The notes below the pieces were generated by a model. That model was not told where the DNA came from, did not search any database, and saw only the letters and a list, made by a program, of their open reading frames with translations. Positions 9,162-22,000 of a DNA stretch of 64,000 bases are shown here, in pieces (the first letter of the stretch is position 1; each line of letters starts with the position of its first letter). The position numbers were made by a program, and so were the translations under genes. The DNA comes from Barthelona sp. PCE (Eukaryota): NCBI GenBank assembly GCA_040285745.1, contig JAUFOR010000002.1, positions 806,001-870,000 of the forward strand. The letters are read 5' to 3'.

Positions 9162-10499
9162 ATGCGTGAAATCGTCCACATTCAAGCAGGCCAGTGCGGT
9201 AACCAGATCGGTAGCAAGTTCTGGGAGACCATTGCTGATGAGCACGGTGTTGATCCCACTGGTTCTTACCAGGGTCAATCCGACCTCCAATTGGAGCGTA
9301 TCAACGTTTACTTCAACGAAGCTGCCGGTGGCAAGTATGTCCCCCGTGCCGTTTTAGTTGATCTTGAGCCTGGTACTATGGATTCCATTCGTGGTAACGC
9401 TTATGGCCATCTCTTCCGTCCTGATAACTTTATCTTCGGTCAGACCGGTGCCGGTAACAACTGGGCCAAGGGTCACTATACCGAGGGTGCTGAGCTCATT
9501 GACTCCGTCCTCGATATCGTCCGTAAGGAGGCTGAGTCTTGTGACTGCCTTCAGGGTTTCCAGATCTGTCACTCTCTCGGTGGTGGTACTGGTGCCGGTA
9601 TGGGTACTCTCCTCATTGCCAAGATCCGTGAGGAGTATCCCGATCGTCAGATGTGTACTTTCTCTGTCGTTCCTTCCCCCAAGGTTTCTGATACCGTCGT
9701 TGAGCCTTATAACTGTACTCTTTCTGTTCACCAGCTTACTGAGAACTCCGAAGAGACCATGTGTATCGATAACGAAGCTCTTTACGATATTTGTTTCCGT
9801 ACCCTTAAGCTCACCACCCCTACCTATGGTGACCTCAACCACCTCGTTTCCATCGTTATGTCCGGTGTTACTTGCTGTCTCCGTTTCCCCGGTCAGCTCA
9901 ACTCCGATCTCCGTAAGCTCGCTGTTAACTTGGTTCCTTATCCTCGTCTTCACTTCTTCATGGTTGGTTTCGCTCCCCTCACTTCTCGTGGTTCTTCTGC
10001 CTACCGTCAGATCACTGTTCCCGAGCTCACTTCTCAGATGTTCCACTCTGGTAACATGATGGCTGCCTCTGATCCTCGTCACGGTCGTTACTTGACCTGT
10101 TCCGCCCTCTTCCGTGGTCGTATGTCCTCCAAGGAGGTTGATGAGCAGATGCTTAACATCCAGAACAAGAACTCTTCTTACTTCGTTGAGTGGATTCCCA
10201 ACAACATCAAGTCTTCCATTTGTGACATTCCTCCTAAGGGTCTTAAGATGGGTGTTACCTTCATTGGTAACTCCACCTGTATCCAGGAGCTCTTCAAGCG
10301 TGTCCACGATCAGTTCACCAAGATGTTCCGTCGTAAGGCATTCCTTCACTGGTACACTGGTGAGGGTATGGACGAGATGGAGTTCACCGAGGCTGAGTCC
10401 AACATGAACGATCTTGTTGCTGAATACCAACAGTACCAGGATGCCGTTGCTGAGGAGGAAGGCGAGTACGAAGAGGAGGAAGATGATTTCGAATACTAA
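9162..10499 (+). CDS. TUBB: Beta-tubulin
   Basis: [17 protein letters not shown] start, GGGTGAG signature, acidic C-terminal tail and strong codon bias. Confidence 0.99.
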   Translation: MREIVHIQAGQCGNQIGSKFWETIADEHGVDPTGSYQGQSDLQLERINVYFNEAAGGKYVPRAVLVDLEPGTMDSIRGNAYGHLFRPDNFIFGQTGAGNNWAKGHYTEGAELIDSVLDIVRKEAESCDCLQGFQICHSLGGGTGAGMGTLLIAKIREEYPDRQMCTFSVVPSPKVSDTVVEPYNCTLSVHQLTENSEETMCIDNEALYDICFRTLKLTTPTYGDLNHLVSIVMSGVTCCLRFPGQLNSDLRKLAVNLVPYPRLHFFMVGFAPLTSRGSSAYRQITVPELTSQMFHSGNMMAASDPRHGRYLTCSALFRGRMSSKEVDEQMLNIQNKNSSYFVEWIPNNIKSSICDIPPKGLKMGVTFIGNSTCIQELFKRVHDQFTKMFRRKAFLHWYTGEGMDEMEFTEAESNMNDLVAEYQQYQDAVAEEEGEYEEEEDDFEY

Positions 10500-10940
10500 G
10501 GTGTTTGCTATGACAATTTCCCTCAATCTGTAAATTTAGTTTGACTTAAGACTTATTAAAAGCTTCATTTTCCTTTTGTCTGTTCAACATTGCACTGTGT
10601 TGAGGAGAACTCCGAATAAAACATTTTGGTTATTTTTTGGTTTTTATAGCAAACGCAAGATTGAGCGAATGTACGACTTTCAGATTTACAAGTTTTATTC
10701 GTATTTTACTGTACTTTGACACGAAATCCCCTTGCTAGACCACAAAAAATATACATGTTTATGTTTCTAATAAAGCTTGAAGCACAAGAAATTCTGACCA
10801 CAAAATTTTCTTTTGTATTAGACCATATTTCTCAGCCTTACATCACTCAATTGTGGAGTTTAGTCTACAATCCATAACAGAAAAGTGGTGATATAGTAGC
10901 ATAGTAGTTGCTTTTTACTTTTTCCACAAGTTCATAAAAA

Positions 10941-12680
10941 ATGCTTCCAATCATGTTGATAAAGAGCCTAATGGGAGGCAGAAGGGCAAACAACGGAGAG
11001 AAACCCTCAAAATTCAAAACATTCCTTATCTCATTTGTTGTCATTGTTGGATTCATGGGAGTGCGCATGTTCATGAGCCGTGGTAGCAACACGCCCTATG
11101 ACGGTGAGCACGTTGCTCCAATCGTTCGACTTGGTGACAGAATCCAGTTTAAGGTGTACACCAGTTTGTTCAAATCAATGGAAGGGCACTACTCTGAATC
11201 AAACCTGGTATACTCCTCCGACATTCTTCGCGCTGGCCATTATGGTCTTATTAACGAGACTGTGAACCTGCCAATTCCTCGTGAAGTTTTTCACAACAAT
11301 CAAACTCTTTACATGCACGCTGTCGTCCAACGAATCAATGCCCGTCGTGCTCAGAAGTACAGCAGCCTCCATTACTATGGAACCATGAGCAAGATGATGA
11401 ACAAATACCTGGTTGAGAACCGCACCAAATTGTTGGGAGAAGAAGAGCTTGAGGTTGTAACTAAGAAGAAGGAGAAGAAGATGGCTATTTACCCCGAGAT
11501 TCGCTTTGATCTGTCGTCCCGTTTCAAATTCTACAAGAAAATGCCGCAAATGGCAAGTCAACTTCACACAATGACTCCTAACGGTCTTTACTATTTCCCT
11601 CTATTTGAGTTCAATCAGTTTTGGATTCTCCCGGAGGACATGATCTTCCTGAACGAAACGACAGACTCTGTCCCTATTACTTTCCGTGCTGGAATGACAA
11701 AGTCATGGGTTGCCACTCTGATGGGTTTGTATAACCAACAAGATCAGATGAAGCAGGAAATGGGAATGGGAGATCTGAACAAGTTGCTCATGGACGATGA
11801 CGAGATGGAGTTAGGTATGTCTGAGCTCAAGCGAACTCTTCTCACTGCAAATCCCTATCTTCTTGCAATCACAACAATCACATCAATTCTTCACATGGTC
11901 TTTGAGATGTTGGCGTTCAAGGAGGATATTAAATTCTGGAAATCGAAGCGTACTGCGGGTATGAGTGTTCGCACACTTGTGCTTGAGGCGTTCATGCAGC
12001 TCGTTATCTTCTTATACCTGATGGACAATGAGACCTCATTCATGGTCATCCTTACTCAGGGTGGTAGTGTTCTTATTGGATTTTGGAAAATCACCAAGGC
12101 ATACAACTTCGGTCGATCAAAGTCTTTTCCATTCATTACAATGTGTCGTAAGAAGGCTGAGACCGAAGAGCAAGAAAGGGTTGCTCGCTTGGCCGAGGAA
12201 GCTGACAAGGTGGCGCACAAATACGTTGGTTTTGTTTTGTATCCACTCATTCTAGCTTACGCTGTTTACTCATTACTCACAAAGGCACACCCTTCATACT
12301 ATTCTTGGATTCTTCAGGCTCTAGTCTCCAGTGTTTATGCCTTTGGGTTCATTAGCTTGGTACCCCAGCTGATAATCAATCACAAACTCAAGACAACTGC
12401 ACATCTTCCCATGAAGGCAATGGTTTATAAGACCCTTGGTACATTTGTTGATGATATGTTTGCCTGGACAGTGAAGATGCCACTGCTGCATCGTCTTGCT
12501 ACTTTGAGAGATGACGTTGTTTTCTTTGTTTTCCTTTATCAGAAGTGGAAGTATCCGACAGACTTTTCCCGAATTAACGAGTATGGTCAGACTTTCGATG
12601 ATAAAAAGGAAGATGCTGTTGTGGATGAAAGCTCTGCTAATGCTCAAGTTGAGCAGATTCAAGATGTTGATACCGAATAA
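10941..12680 (+). CDS. CLPTM1: CLPTM1 family membrane protein (lipid scramblase-like)
   Basis: Motifs NPYLLAIT..LHMVFEMLAFKEDIKFWK, PQLIINHKL, YKTLGTFVDDMFAW..MPLLHRLATLRDD and RINEYG. Confidence 0.92.
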   Translation: MLPIMLIKSLMGGRRANNGEKPSKFKTFLISFVVIVGFMGVRMFMSRGSNTPYDGEHVAPIVRLGDRIQFKVYTSLFKSMEGHYSESNLVYSSDILRAGHYGLINETVNLPIPREVFHNNQTLYMHAVVQRINARRAQKYSSLHYYGTMSKMMNKYLVENRTKLLGEEELEVVTKKKEKKMAIYPEIRFDLSSRFKFYKKMPQMASQLHTMTPNGLYYFPLFEFNQFWILPEDMIFLNETTDSVPITFRAGMTKSWVATLMGLYNQQDQMKQEMGMGDLNKLLMDDDEMELGMSELKRTLLTANPYLLAITTITSILHMVFEMLAFKEDIKFWKSKRTAGMSVRTLVLEAFMQLVIFLYLMDNETSFMVILTQGGSVLIGFWKITKAYNFGRSKSFPFITMCRKKAETEEQERVARLAEEADKVAHKYVGFVLYPLILAYAVYSLLTKAHPSYYSWILQALVSSVYAFGFISLVPQLIINHKLKTTAHLPMKAMVYKTLGTFVDDMFAWTVKMPLLHRLATLRDDVVFFVFLYQKWKYPTDFSRINEYGQTFDDKKEDAVVDESSANAQVEQIQDVDTE

Positions 12681-12693
12681 AGTTAGAAATATT

Positions 12694-15600
12694 TTAGATA
12701 GATGGTATGGCCAGAGAGTTCTTTAACTTCTTGACATAATCAACTGCATCAGTAAACGGAGTGGGAGCCTGATTTCTTGCCTCTTCTAACAATTTTTCAT
12801 CAACACTATCAGCTGAAAGCTCACGATCAATTTTATCCTCATCCTCATCTTCATGTAAAATATTAAGCAGCTCATCGTTCTTGAACACATTCTCTTTGCC
12901 GGTTGTTTCCTGCCCTTCCATTACCATACGCTGTATTTTATGCTTGAGCTGGGCCCTTTTAACAATGCGTTCTTCAATAGTCTTCTTTGTGACAAGGCGG
13001 AACACTGATACCTGTTTTGTCTGGCCCAAACGATGAGCACGATCCATTGCCTGCGAGTCCCACGTTGGATTCCAATCAGACTCAAAGAAAATGACAACAT
13101 TCGCAGCAACAAGGTTAATACCTACACCACCAGCACGGGTTGTGAGTAAGAAGCACAGAATGGAATCATCGGCGTAGAATCTATCAACGAGGTCACGTCG
13201 CTCATCGACCTTTGTTGAGCCGTCAAAGCGAACAAATCTCATATTCATTGCAACCAAGAACTGTTCCAGAATGTCAACAATCGCATGGTACTGACAGTAC
13301 ACCAGGCAGCGGTCACCTCTCTTCTGACACTCAATTAGGATGCGCCTTAATGCAACAAGCTTGCCTGATCCGTTAAGGAACGATGAAACATCAGGTGTTG
13401 CGAGTTGTGGTGGAATACGAGCAGAGAATGGATCTATTTGTGCGAGTCTCACCCCATAGAAGTCGTTATCCGTGTTTGATAGCTCACTGGCTCTGGTTTG
13501 CTGACGTAAGAACATGTTCAAAAACCAGTCTACACAGTGCATTCGCATGGGTGGCGATATCACTTTCTGACACACCGTGTAGTACGGTTCCATTGTCTTC
13601 ATGACAGATTCAAGGCGTGCAATGTTTGTGAGCCGAGAAGAAGCAAAATTTTTGATAAGTGGTGCTAAAAGCATAAAACCACTGACAAAGTTCATGATGG
13701 GGGCATAATTAAAAACTTCGGGGCATACCTCAAGCGCATCAGCAGCCAGACTCCACTGGTTGTACTGTAAAACAAAGCTTTCTATCATGGATACGATATC
13801 GTTCATGTTGATTCTTAATGCAGATAACAATTTGTCACGGTGGCTGTGCATCATTAGTCGCATGCGATCGTGTGATACAGTTGTGTCATAGACCATCTGT
13901 GCGATACAAATGGGAATGTCTAAATCGAAAAGGCTCTGTGGCATAGCAGTTACCTCGAAACCAACTTTTGTCTTGCGACGGCCATTGGCAATCGGGTCAA
14001 GACATACAGCATCAGGAGACACCTCATTTGCGAATGCGAACGGGCTCATTGTCTCGATAGGGTTGACCGTGGCAATGTGATTACAAATCTGACGTAGTCT
14101 AATGACCATATCCAGTGCAGTACCGACAGACGCCTGTTTCTTGGCGAATTCAAGCTCTTCATCGTACATTAGCTGCTGTTTCTGGGTCATCTGACACTTA
14201 ATCAGATATTCGATCTTCTCTCCTAGTTGATTCTCTACTTCCGATTTAGTACGGCGCAGCATGAACGGCTTGAGCACCTGCTGGAGACGCATCACAGATA
14301 CATCTGTACTCTTCATTGTCTTAAAGTCCTTATCGAACCAATCACTGAAATCTTTCAGATTATCAAAAAGACCGGGCATGATAAAGTGTAGGAGTGCCCA
14401 CAACTCAGTCATGTTATTCTGAATCGGCGTTCCAGTTAACAAAAAGCGGTTCTTACACGGAAACCGGAGTAAATTATTGAAAACTTGGCTCGTCTTTGAT
14501 TTAATAACTTGAGCTTCATCTAAAATCATAATGTCAAAGTCCAACCGCGAAAGTTCAGCTGTGTCTGTTCGCGCAATTGAGTAGTTAGTGACACACACAT
14601 GGAAATCTCCATCGCGTTTTCCCAGACTATCATGATCTATACTCTTCAGTAAAACCTTCCTCTCATTATGATTACTCCAATAAGGGAGAACCTTGAGCTG
14701 AGGGGCGAAGCGATTGATCTCCTCAACCCAGTTGTGCAAAGTACTGTTGGGTGCAATGATTAGAAATGTTCCCCACATGTGACGCTTCTCAGCAAGATAT
14801 AACAGAAACGCGATTGTCTGTATGGTTTTGCCGAGACCCATATCATCAGCAAGGATTCCATTGATTCCGCTCTCAAATAACGAAACCAACCAATTGAAAC
14901 CATCAAGTTGATAAGGTTTGAGCGTTCCTTGCAGGAGATCAGGCTGGTCATGGCTCTCAAACTCCACCTGGGGCCTGTTTGACGGTGCTTGAGTTTTCTC
15001 AAGAACCATTAGAGCTGATGTAGTTGCATTTTCCAACATCGTTTCACCCGTCACGTCACTGTTTAAATCAAATGCCTTGACTTTTTCTTTTTTATCAGCC
15101 GTGAGAGTGAGATCCCCCTTTCCATGCTTGATGAAATGCGAATATATCTCTGTCTGACTCAACAAGAAATCCAATTTTTTCTGATTCCTCTGACTTTCCA
15201 GTTCCTGTTTTTGTAGCTGCTTCTGTCGACGCCTGCTGACTATTTCATCGTTATCGTCCGTTCCTCGGTGATATTCATTCATGGATTTGATAATGGACTT
15301 CAGCAAGAATTGCGATTTTTTTTTAATTATTGATCTTCGTTTCATTACTTCTTTCTTAACCTTCTGACTTTCATCCTTTGCCTTCTCCCGCTGTTGTTCC
15401 ATCCTCTTACTCAGGGATGTTGCTACTTGTGGTATTTTCTGCAAAATCTTTGCATAAATGTGTTTGGCAAACTGAGGTATCTCTTCCTTTGCAACCACAC
15501 CGTGTGAAAATTGATTAAGTTTTGTAGCTTCTAGCAGCCAATCATCTGTCAGGCCCAGTGCCTCATAATTGTATTTCTTATTGTGCTTATTATGGTTCTT

Positions 15601-15942
15601 AAGGAGAGTTTCTAAATCTCTTGTTTTGACTTTTCGACTACCTGAATCAATAGAACTTGTGGCAATCATGTGAAATTCAACGTCATAATCCTCTAATTTT
15701 TGTAATTCACGAAAATATGAGTTGTCTTTGAGTTTAATCGCAATACCTAATAAATCGTTCTTTTTTGGCTTTGAAACAAGCCTAACAAGCCCCTCTTTAG
15801 TCCTCTCAGTGTAGAAATTCTTTGAATCAGACTTCTTTGAAGTGAGAATTGGATCATTAGGTACAAATGGAGATACATGTTTATAGTATGTACTGTCACC
15901 CCATGGGTACAGCGAAGTGCCGTACTTAATCAATGGATCCAT
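12694..15942 (-). CDS. INO80: INO80 chromatin-remodelling ATPase (SNF2 family)
   Basis: DBINO-like KKLDFLLSQTEIYSHF, NGILADDMGLGKT, DEAQ box, split helicase with long insert, and ESDWNPTWDSQAMDRAHRLGQTKQV. First ATG at 15942. Confidence 0.9.
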   Translation of the reverse strand: MDPLIKYGTSLYPWGDSTYYKHVSPFVPNDPILTSKKSDSKNFYTERTKEGLVRLVSKPKKNDLLGIAIKLKDNSYFRELQKLEDYDVEFHMIATSSIDSGSRKVKTRDLETLLKNHNKHNKKYNYEALGLTDDWLLEATKLNQFSHGVVAKEEIPQFAKHIYAKILQKIPQVATSLSKRMEQQREKAKDESQKVKKEVMKRRSIIKKKSQFLLKSIIKSMNEYHRGTDDNDEIVSRRRQKQLQKQELESQRNQKKLDFLLSQTEIYSHFIKHGKGDLTLTADKKEKVKAFDLNSDVTGETMLENATTSALMVLEKTQAPSNRPQVEFESHDQPDLLQGTLKPYQLDGFNWLVSLFESGINGILADDMGLGKTIQTIAFLLYLAEKRHMWGTFLIIAPNSTLHNWVEEINRFAPQLKVLPYWSNHNERKVLLKSIDHDSLGKRDGDFHVCVTNYSIARTDTAELSRLDFDIMILDEAQVIKSKTSQVFNNLLRFPCKNRFLLTGTPIQNNMTELWALLHFIMPGLFDNLKDFSDWFDKDFKTMKSTDVSVMRLQQVLKPFMLRRTKSEVENQLGEKIEYLIKCQMTQKQQLMYDEELEFAKKQASVGTALDMVIRLRQICNHIATVNPIETMSPFAFANEVSPDAVCLDPIANGRRKTKVGFEVTAMPQSLFDLDIPICIAQMVYDTTVSHDRMRLMMHSHRDKLLSALRINMNDIVSMIESFVLQYNQWSLAADALEVCPEVFNYAPIMNFVSGFMLLAPLIKNFASSRLTNIARLESVMKTMEPYYTVCQKVISPPMRMHCVDWFLNMFLRQQTRASELSNTDNDFYGVRLAQIDPFSARIPPQLATPDVSSFLNGSGKLVALRRILIECQKRGDRCLVYCQYHAIVDILEQFLVAMNMRFVRFDGSTKVDERRDLVDRFYADDSILCFLLTTRAGGVGINLVAANVVIFFESDWNPTWDSQAMDRAHRLGQTKQVSVFRLVTKKTIEERIVKRAQLKHKIQRMVMEGQETTGKENVFKNDELLNILHEDEDEDKIDRELSADSVDEKLLEEARNQAPTPFTDAVDYVKKLKNSLAIPSI

Positions 15943-16034
15943 GAGAATCTCTGTAAAGGGTGAGCATAAAACAAACAATCGTTTTACAAAAAGTTACTTT
16001 GTGATATAAAATGGGGTGAGACTGCAGGTGTATA

Positions 16035-16709
16035 TCACACCATGATGCGGTGGTCGAGATTAGAAACTCTTGAATCACCTGAGAAATGGAATTTGAGCAC
16101 ATCTCTTTGTTCATCAACTTCAACAATCAAATGAATATCAACATTAACAATGTTATCACTGAGAGTTGGGTGTTGGACCTCAGCAGTAATGGAGATCTTG
16201 TGATTGTAAGGATTGCGAATTTTGATTGGAGTGATTGTGATATCTCTCAGATAGTAGCCTGTTCCACAGTTACCTGACATTTCAAAGTGATTGATAAACT
16301 CAAGGCTTGCCACTTCTCTACCAATTTCATCGCGAACTGATATAACATGTCTATGTGGTAGGGATTGTTTCCAACCCTGAAGAGCTTCTGATGTTGTATC
16401 AAGGGGAAGTGTGTCGAATACAAATGTATCTCCCAAAATTCCATCTTCCAAAATTGAAAACTGCATCTTTGGACCAACAAAATGAACGTTGAGCTGTTCC
16501 TCCATTAATTGACAGAAAGAAATTGGGTGCATGCCGTGGTGCTCATGGCTTGCCTTGGATGGTGTTTTCTTATGTGTGGGAACCGCAAATGTGTTGATGT
16601 TAAAACGCTTTTCATCGGATGCTTCAGTTTCGTTGATATCTCCCTTGGCAAGAACGCCCAATATGAGCAAAGCCAAAGAAAGTGATGCAAAAAATCTTAA
16701 ATTAACCAT
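16035..16709 (-). CDS. Secreted hypothetical protein (224 aa)
   Basis: ORF with an N-terminal signal-peptide-like segment. No family recognised. Confidence 0.7.
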   Translation of the reverse strand: MVNLRFFASLSLALLILGVLAKGDINETEASDEKRFNINTFAVPTHKKTPSKASHEHHGMHPISFCQLMEEQLNVHFVGPKMQFSILEDGILGDTFVFDTLPLDTTSEALQGWKQSLPHRHVISVRDEIGREVASLEFINHFEMSGNCGTGYYLRDITITPIKIRNPYNHKISITAEVQHPTLSDNIVNVDIHLIVEVDEQRDVLKFHFSGDSRVSNLDHRIMV

Positions 16710-17096
16710 TGAAGAAGTGAGAAGAAGGAAAACGGTTTTGTTGAAATAATATTATGCTTTCCTGTATCGCGTGTGCTGGAATATGAGTAAAAGTGTGTTT
16801 AATACCATGAAAAATCCAGATAGATAGTTTTTCCGATTCTCCACAAGCAGCAAGACAAACTGCTGTTCATACTTGTCAACGAGTCAATAATGGATGTGAA
16901 TTGAAAGTACGTTCTCAAAAGGACAAAATCAAGAATTAGACTATTAGGCAGGCAATTTATGAAGCAACTTTAAAATAGCAACTATTGTAAACGTTTATGG
17001 CACTCTGACCGGTATAAATAACCCACCGCGGAATAAGCTACCGCAGAGTAAGAATAAAAGTGCTGTTATCTTTGTTTTCCTCCTTCACAAGCACAA

Positions 17097-18962
17097 ATGC
17101 GCTTTTTAATCCTGATAGTTTGCGTTTTAGCGATCGTAGCATCCGAAGAATATGTTATGGATCTGTCATTTGTTCACACAACCGATGACCACGGTTGGCT
17201 GGACGGGCATCGTCACAACTCATTCGCACCCAGCGGATTTGGTGCTGCAGTATCATTTGCTGATCACTTACGAACCTCTCGCCATGAAAACGATAAAGAT
17301 TTTCTTCTTGTAGATACTGGCGATTTTGTTCAAGGCACTGGGCTTAGTGATATCACTGATCCGATCGGAAAGTTGATCTTGGAGGCAGCAGACATGGCAG
17401 ACTATGATCTGATGACTATTGGAAACCATGAATTGGGCACCGATTCAACTATGGAGTACATTCGTGATAAGTGGAGCTTTCCTGCAACAGGCAAGTACGT
17501 CACTACGAATGCGTTCTTCACCAACGGTCGGGTACGTCACATTGGCTCACCATACCGAGAGTTCACACTTCCCAAGTCGGGGAAAAAAGTCTTGGCTCTT
17601 GGATTCCTCAATCCTGTAAGTCATATGGCCTCTTATCTACGCACAGATGATGTCATCGAGACACTCATGAACAACAACGAGGTTAAGTCACGTGTGCAAG
17701 CCAAAGATTTCGATTTGCTCATTCTATTGTGTCACATTGGCTCAAGTTCTTCAACAATCCATAACTTGGAGATGAAGATCCGCGAGTGGTGGCGAGAGAC
17801 AGATGCGGCCGACAATTCACCAATGGTTATCTTCACAGGTCACACTCATCGTACAAATTTCACTCACTTTGATGATCGCAACACCGTTGTTTTAGAGTCA
17901 GGATGCTATCTTTACTCTGTCGGATATCTAAACATTAAGCTGACTGCAGATGGAACATTGAAAACTTACCACACTTTCTTCTCAAGCGATCAGAAGCGTT
18001 TCGAAGACTTTTTGGCACATGAAGGCGTTAGGTACCAGAACTTTACCACAGAACGTGGTAAGGAGATTAACGCGTTTGTAACTCGCTGGACAAAGTACTA
18101 TGATCTTGATAAAGTACTGGCGTGTTCGGATAAAAGATACTATAGAAGACATTATATCACAGAGGAGGACTCTCTCTTTAACTTAGTGATGAACAAGATA
18201 TTCCCCAGTACAGTATTAAACGTCCCCATTGACTACCAAGATCTCAACAATTATCCTGTATATTTTATGAATACAGGCAGTCTTCGCTCCGATATTTTCC
18301 CAGGAACAGTTGATTTAGACGATTTATTCACACTTGACCCTTTTAATACAAGTATTCATTATATTCCAGGCTTGACAGAGGAAGAAATTAGAGCAACATT
18401 CGATCGCATGAACAACTACAGAAATGGTGTTTGGGAAACTCTTGACTCTATCATTGAGAAGAGGCAGGGACATAATACCTTGCCTAATTCAAATATTCCT
18501 CACTTCTATCGCTCCAGTATTGTTAAAGGAAAGCCAATGTATGCAATTGTTGGCAGTGATTATGATACCACTCGAGCATTGGATATTTTAAGAGATGATT
18601 ATTCGGATAGAACTTGGAATCAATTTAGATTAGTTGAAAAATCCATCCGAAATATAGTAGCTGATTACTTTGCATCATCATCGTCTTTCCAGTGTGAAGA
18701 TCCCAACCCCACACATCCGTATCACCGTTCACCCATAATAATCGTTTTAGTATGTATTGTGGTAGTGGGTGCTCTTGTAGGTGTTGTTATGATCTTCTTC
18801 CGTCGCCGTCCCACGCGCATCAGTCGTCACAGTATGTCATACGGTGTAGGTCTGGGGAATGTTGAAACTCTACGCCCCACAATGAGCCCCCCAGTTGATA
18901 CACAGAATCTACTTTCTAACAACGTGTATGATGCATACGACGATGAATCATACTCTGTTTAG
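17097..18962 (+). CDS. Type I membrane metallophosphoesterase / 5'-nucleotidase (yeast YHR202W-like)
   Basis: Signal peptide. Motifs HTTDDHGW, VDTGD..QGTGLSD, GNHEL, GHTH and ESG. C-terminal TM helix followed by RRR. Confidence 0.85.
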   Translation: MRFLILIVCVLAIVASEEYVMDLSFVHTTDDHGWLDGHRHNSFAPSGFGAAVSFADHLRTSRHENDKDFLLVDTGDFVQGTGLSDITDPIGKLILEAADMADYDLMTIGNHELGTDSTMEYIRDKWSFPATGKYVTTNAFFTNGRVRHIGSPYREFTLPKSGKKVLALGFLNPVSHMASYLRTDDVIETLMNNNEVKSRVQAKDFDLLILLCHIGSSSSTIHNLEMKIREWWRETDAADNSPMVIFTGHTHRTNFTHFDDRNTVVLESGCYLYSVGYLNIKLTADGTLKTYHTFFSSDQKRFEDFLAHEGVRYQNFTTERGKEINAFVTRWTKYYDLDKVLACSDKRYYRRHYITEEDSLFNLVMNKIFPSTVLNVPIDYQDLNNYPVYFMNTGSLRSDIFPGTVDLDDLFTLDPFNTSIHYIPGLTEEEIRATFDRMNNYRNGVWETLDSIIEKRQGHNTLPNSNIPHFYRSSIVKGKPMYAIVGSDYDTTRALDILRDDYSDRTWNQFRLVEKSIRNIVADYFASSSSFQCEDPNPTHPYHRSPIIIVLVCIVVVGALVGVVMIFFRRRPTRISRHSMSYGVGLGNVETLRPTMSPPVDTQNLLSNNVYDAYDDESYSV

Positions 18963-19006
18963 TCCATTTCATTTATTGCTAGTAAAAATTAATATTTTTT
19001 TTTATT

Positions 19007-22000
19007 TTATCTTACATTGAGACGTGATTTTGTGGCGTTGAATCCTGTCATACGGGCTTCTGATTCATTTAGAGCAGCAGCCAGAGGATGTATACCCTTG
19101 GAGAAGTCGGCATCAAAATACACAAGAGCATTTTCTACAGCAAGGATAACCTCATCACGCTCTTTGGATTGTGAAAGGTTCCAAACATAGTCGAACATAT
19201 AACCGGCATCACGGGAGGTCTGTAGTTCAACGGTAGCCTGGAGAATTACGGAATCTTTCTTCATTTTCGTCCTACCCTTAGTTCTTTCTAATTCAGCTTC
19301 ATACACATCATCAGGAATGACGAATGGATCAGTGAGATTGGGGATGAACCACTTCTTGAAATCAACCAGCTTATTGAGCTGCTTGACAAAAGCTTCGCTA
19401 CCGTCATAAATTGCAATATGCAAAAAGAGGTTAATGAAGGGGCTAACAGCAAACCCGATGTCAACATTGTTCATACACGCAGCAGCATACATGTACCACT
19501 CGCGGACACAATTCTCCAGATAATAACCGTGATTGTTAACATCGTGGATAATGAGTAGAGATTCGCAGAGACCACGTGTGGCCAAAGATGCTCTTTCTTG
19601 ATCCGTTGTTAGTTGGTAGAGTGAGCCCATGCAAGAGTTTTGAACATAAGGCAATGATGCAATCGTGAGTGACGGAAGAGTGTGATTATAACGAAGCTTA
19701 CTGACGCTGTCTGCCCAGATGTTCAAAACAACACCGAGTTTGAGCTGGACGTCAATTACCGAGGCCTGATTCGGGAAGACAGATGCGTCTAGAGTTGGAG
19801 CTTCAACAATATCCTTTTTGGCGACAAGCTCACTGTTGTAAATACTCTGTGGTTTAACAAAGACTTTGCTATTCACTACTTTAGAAAACGTATTGTATAA
19901 AGCGTAATCCTTCATGACCGCGGGACCAAGAACATCATTGATAGGAGAAACTGAAAGATGGTTCATCGACATTGCGATAAAATCTCCAAGGATAATACGA
20001 ACATCCTTGTTCATGAAGAACTGTTCGTCGATTTCTAGTCCATTTGCGTCTACATTCGGTAAAATAGAAACATACGAAGATGGAGAATTAATGACACTGA
20101 GATAGCCAATGTATCCTGTGGTATGGATTACACTCATTGGAACACGATAGGTTAGACCCAAAATACGCACAAGAGCCAGTACAGTGGGGAGAGAGACACC
20201 AGCTTGTTCGGAAAGGGCAATATAATAGTCAGTAAAGGTGTTCTTTATGTCTTCGTATTGGGGTTTGTTGCCAGCCAAGAAATACTGAACAAGACGATCA
20301 CCTTCGACGTGAGAGACGATTCCCACCTTCTTCTGGTACTTTTTGCGCATATCTTGTGGAAGACTAAAAAATTTGCGAAGATCGTCCTCGAGGTACACCT
20401 TATGCTTTGATTTGAGGTGGTTCTTTCCGTTAAGCTCAGTGACTGTGCGGATGCATGCTGCTGCGATTTCATCATGTAACAGGTTGTCATCCACAATAGG
20501 AGCTTGTAATATCAAATTCTGATCAGCAAAAAGATGAGCGTACTTGTTGTAGAAGTTCAGATCATACTGCTTCTCAACGTCGTCAATGGCCTCAGACACA
20601 TACTGTCTGTACTGAGGAGCAAGTCTCTTCGTCATGGAACGACGTTGAGCAGAGTCCATAAGCAAACCAAGCTTTAATCTTGATTTGTTATTGAAAAAGG
20701 CAAATCGTGAAATGAATAAAAACGCAGTGAATATACCCATTGTTGACAGCTTCATGTTATCAGGATCCTGCAGAACAAAGAAGAGAATGTAAACAAGACA
20801 ACTCATGAATCCCATAAACCAGGAGAAGGGACTTCTTTGTACACCCACCAGTGGAGCAGATGATCGAATCTGGAACGGAGGTGTGCTCAACCACCTTGTA
20901 GTGAGGGCAATGATGTTACCACCAGGTAAAGCAGCCCAAATCAAAGCTCTTGTTGTAGTTTCGACTTCAAGCATCTCCGATTCTTGGTCGACATTGGACG
21001 CAAGTGCAGCCCAACTTGTTACCGTGGGAGAAACACCCAATTTTTTCATGGAGAGATCACTGACCATTCTAACAAAGAAAAACGTGAAGAAGACAATGAA
21101 CAAAATGTATGGAATTACAAGGTAGATGATACCACTGCCCAGGCCTGCCGCAAGGACGATGAAACTCAGTAAAAGAGTAATACCCCAAGCCTTTGAAATC
21201 GCAGTGGTGGCGGTCTGAGAGTTTGCCTTCTGCTCTTCCTTCTCTTCCTGTTCTCTTGCATGCTCAATCTGAATGTTCGTCATATTCCGGTATTGTCGGA
21301 CACCCATGGCTTTCCTAAGCTCCTTTTCAATTTTCCTAATATGCCTTCCTAATCCATCAGATCGTTCCAGAAGAGAGACTTTACGATTCTTAACTGTCCA
21401 GACACCAAAGATGAGCGGGATAGACTTGAACGCAGCCCAAAGAATAAGGGTGACACCAGAGAACAAATACAAGACTAGAAGATTGATAAAGATTAGTGCA
21501 AAAGCTAATAAATTTGTAGCTCTACTTAAAATCCACATAATACAACCGCTGCGCTTTTCTCTAATCATAAAACCAAAAGCACTTCTCAAAAGTCTGTATA
21601 CACTTCCAAATCCAGCAAATATTTGAGTTAAGAACGTGAAAGATGACTTGGCAAACTTATGGGAGGGAAATGATGTGATTGCAATCATCGAGGGACCCAA
21701 AAGGAACAAAGTAAGCAAAAGTGATACAAGATTGATAACACGTGTGATATTTGCAACCTCACCATTTTCAAGCTCTGTGAAACCTGCTGTCCAGGTGGAA
21801 GACAGGATAGAAAGAAGGAAAAGAGTGCCGTAATAAAGAACACGGAACCATATCCAGTGCCAAAAATACTTGCTCTTTTTCGTGATCAAAGCAATAGAAC
21901 AACCATACTTAATTAAAAATTGAAACCAAATCGAAACCCAGAAGGTGAGGGACATCAGGAAAAGGGCAACAACAGCGCTGGCCCAAATTGGATCAATAGC

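Noticed and set aside
9354-10526. 390-aa antisense ORF and long alternative-frame ORFs over beta-tubulin (similar ones over PGK, the C1A peptidase and the CWP-like gene)
   Set aside because: These are the expected shadow of strong codon bias, which removes stops from other frames. The translations have no protein-like motifs.
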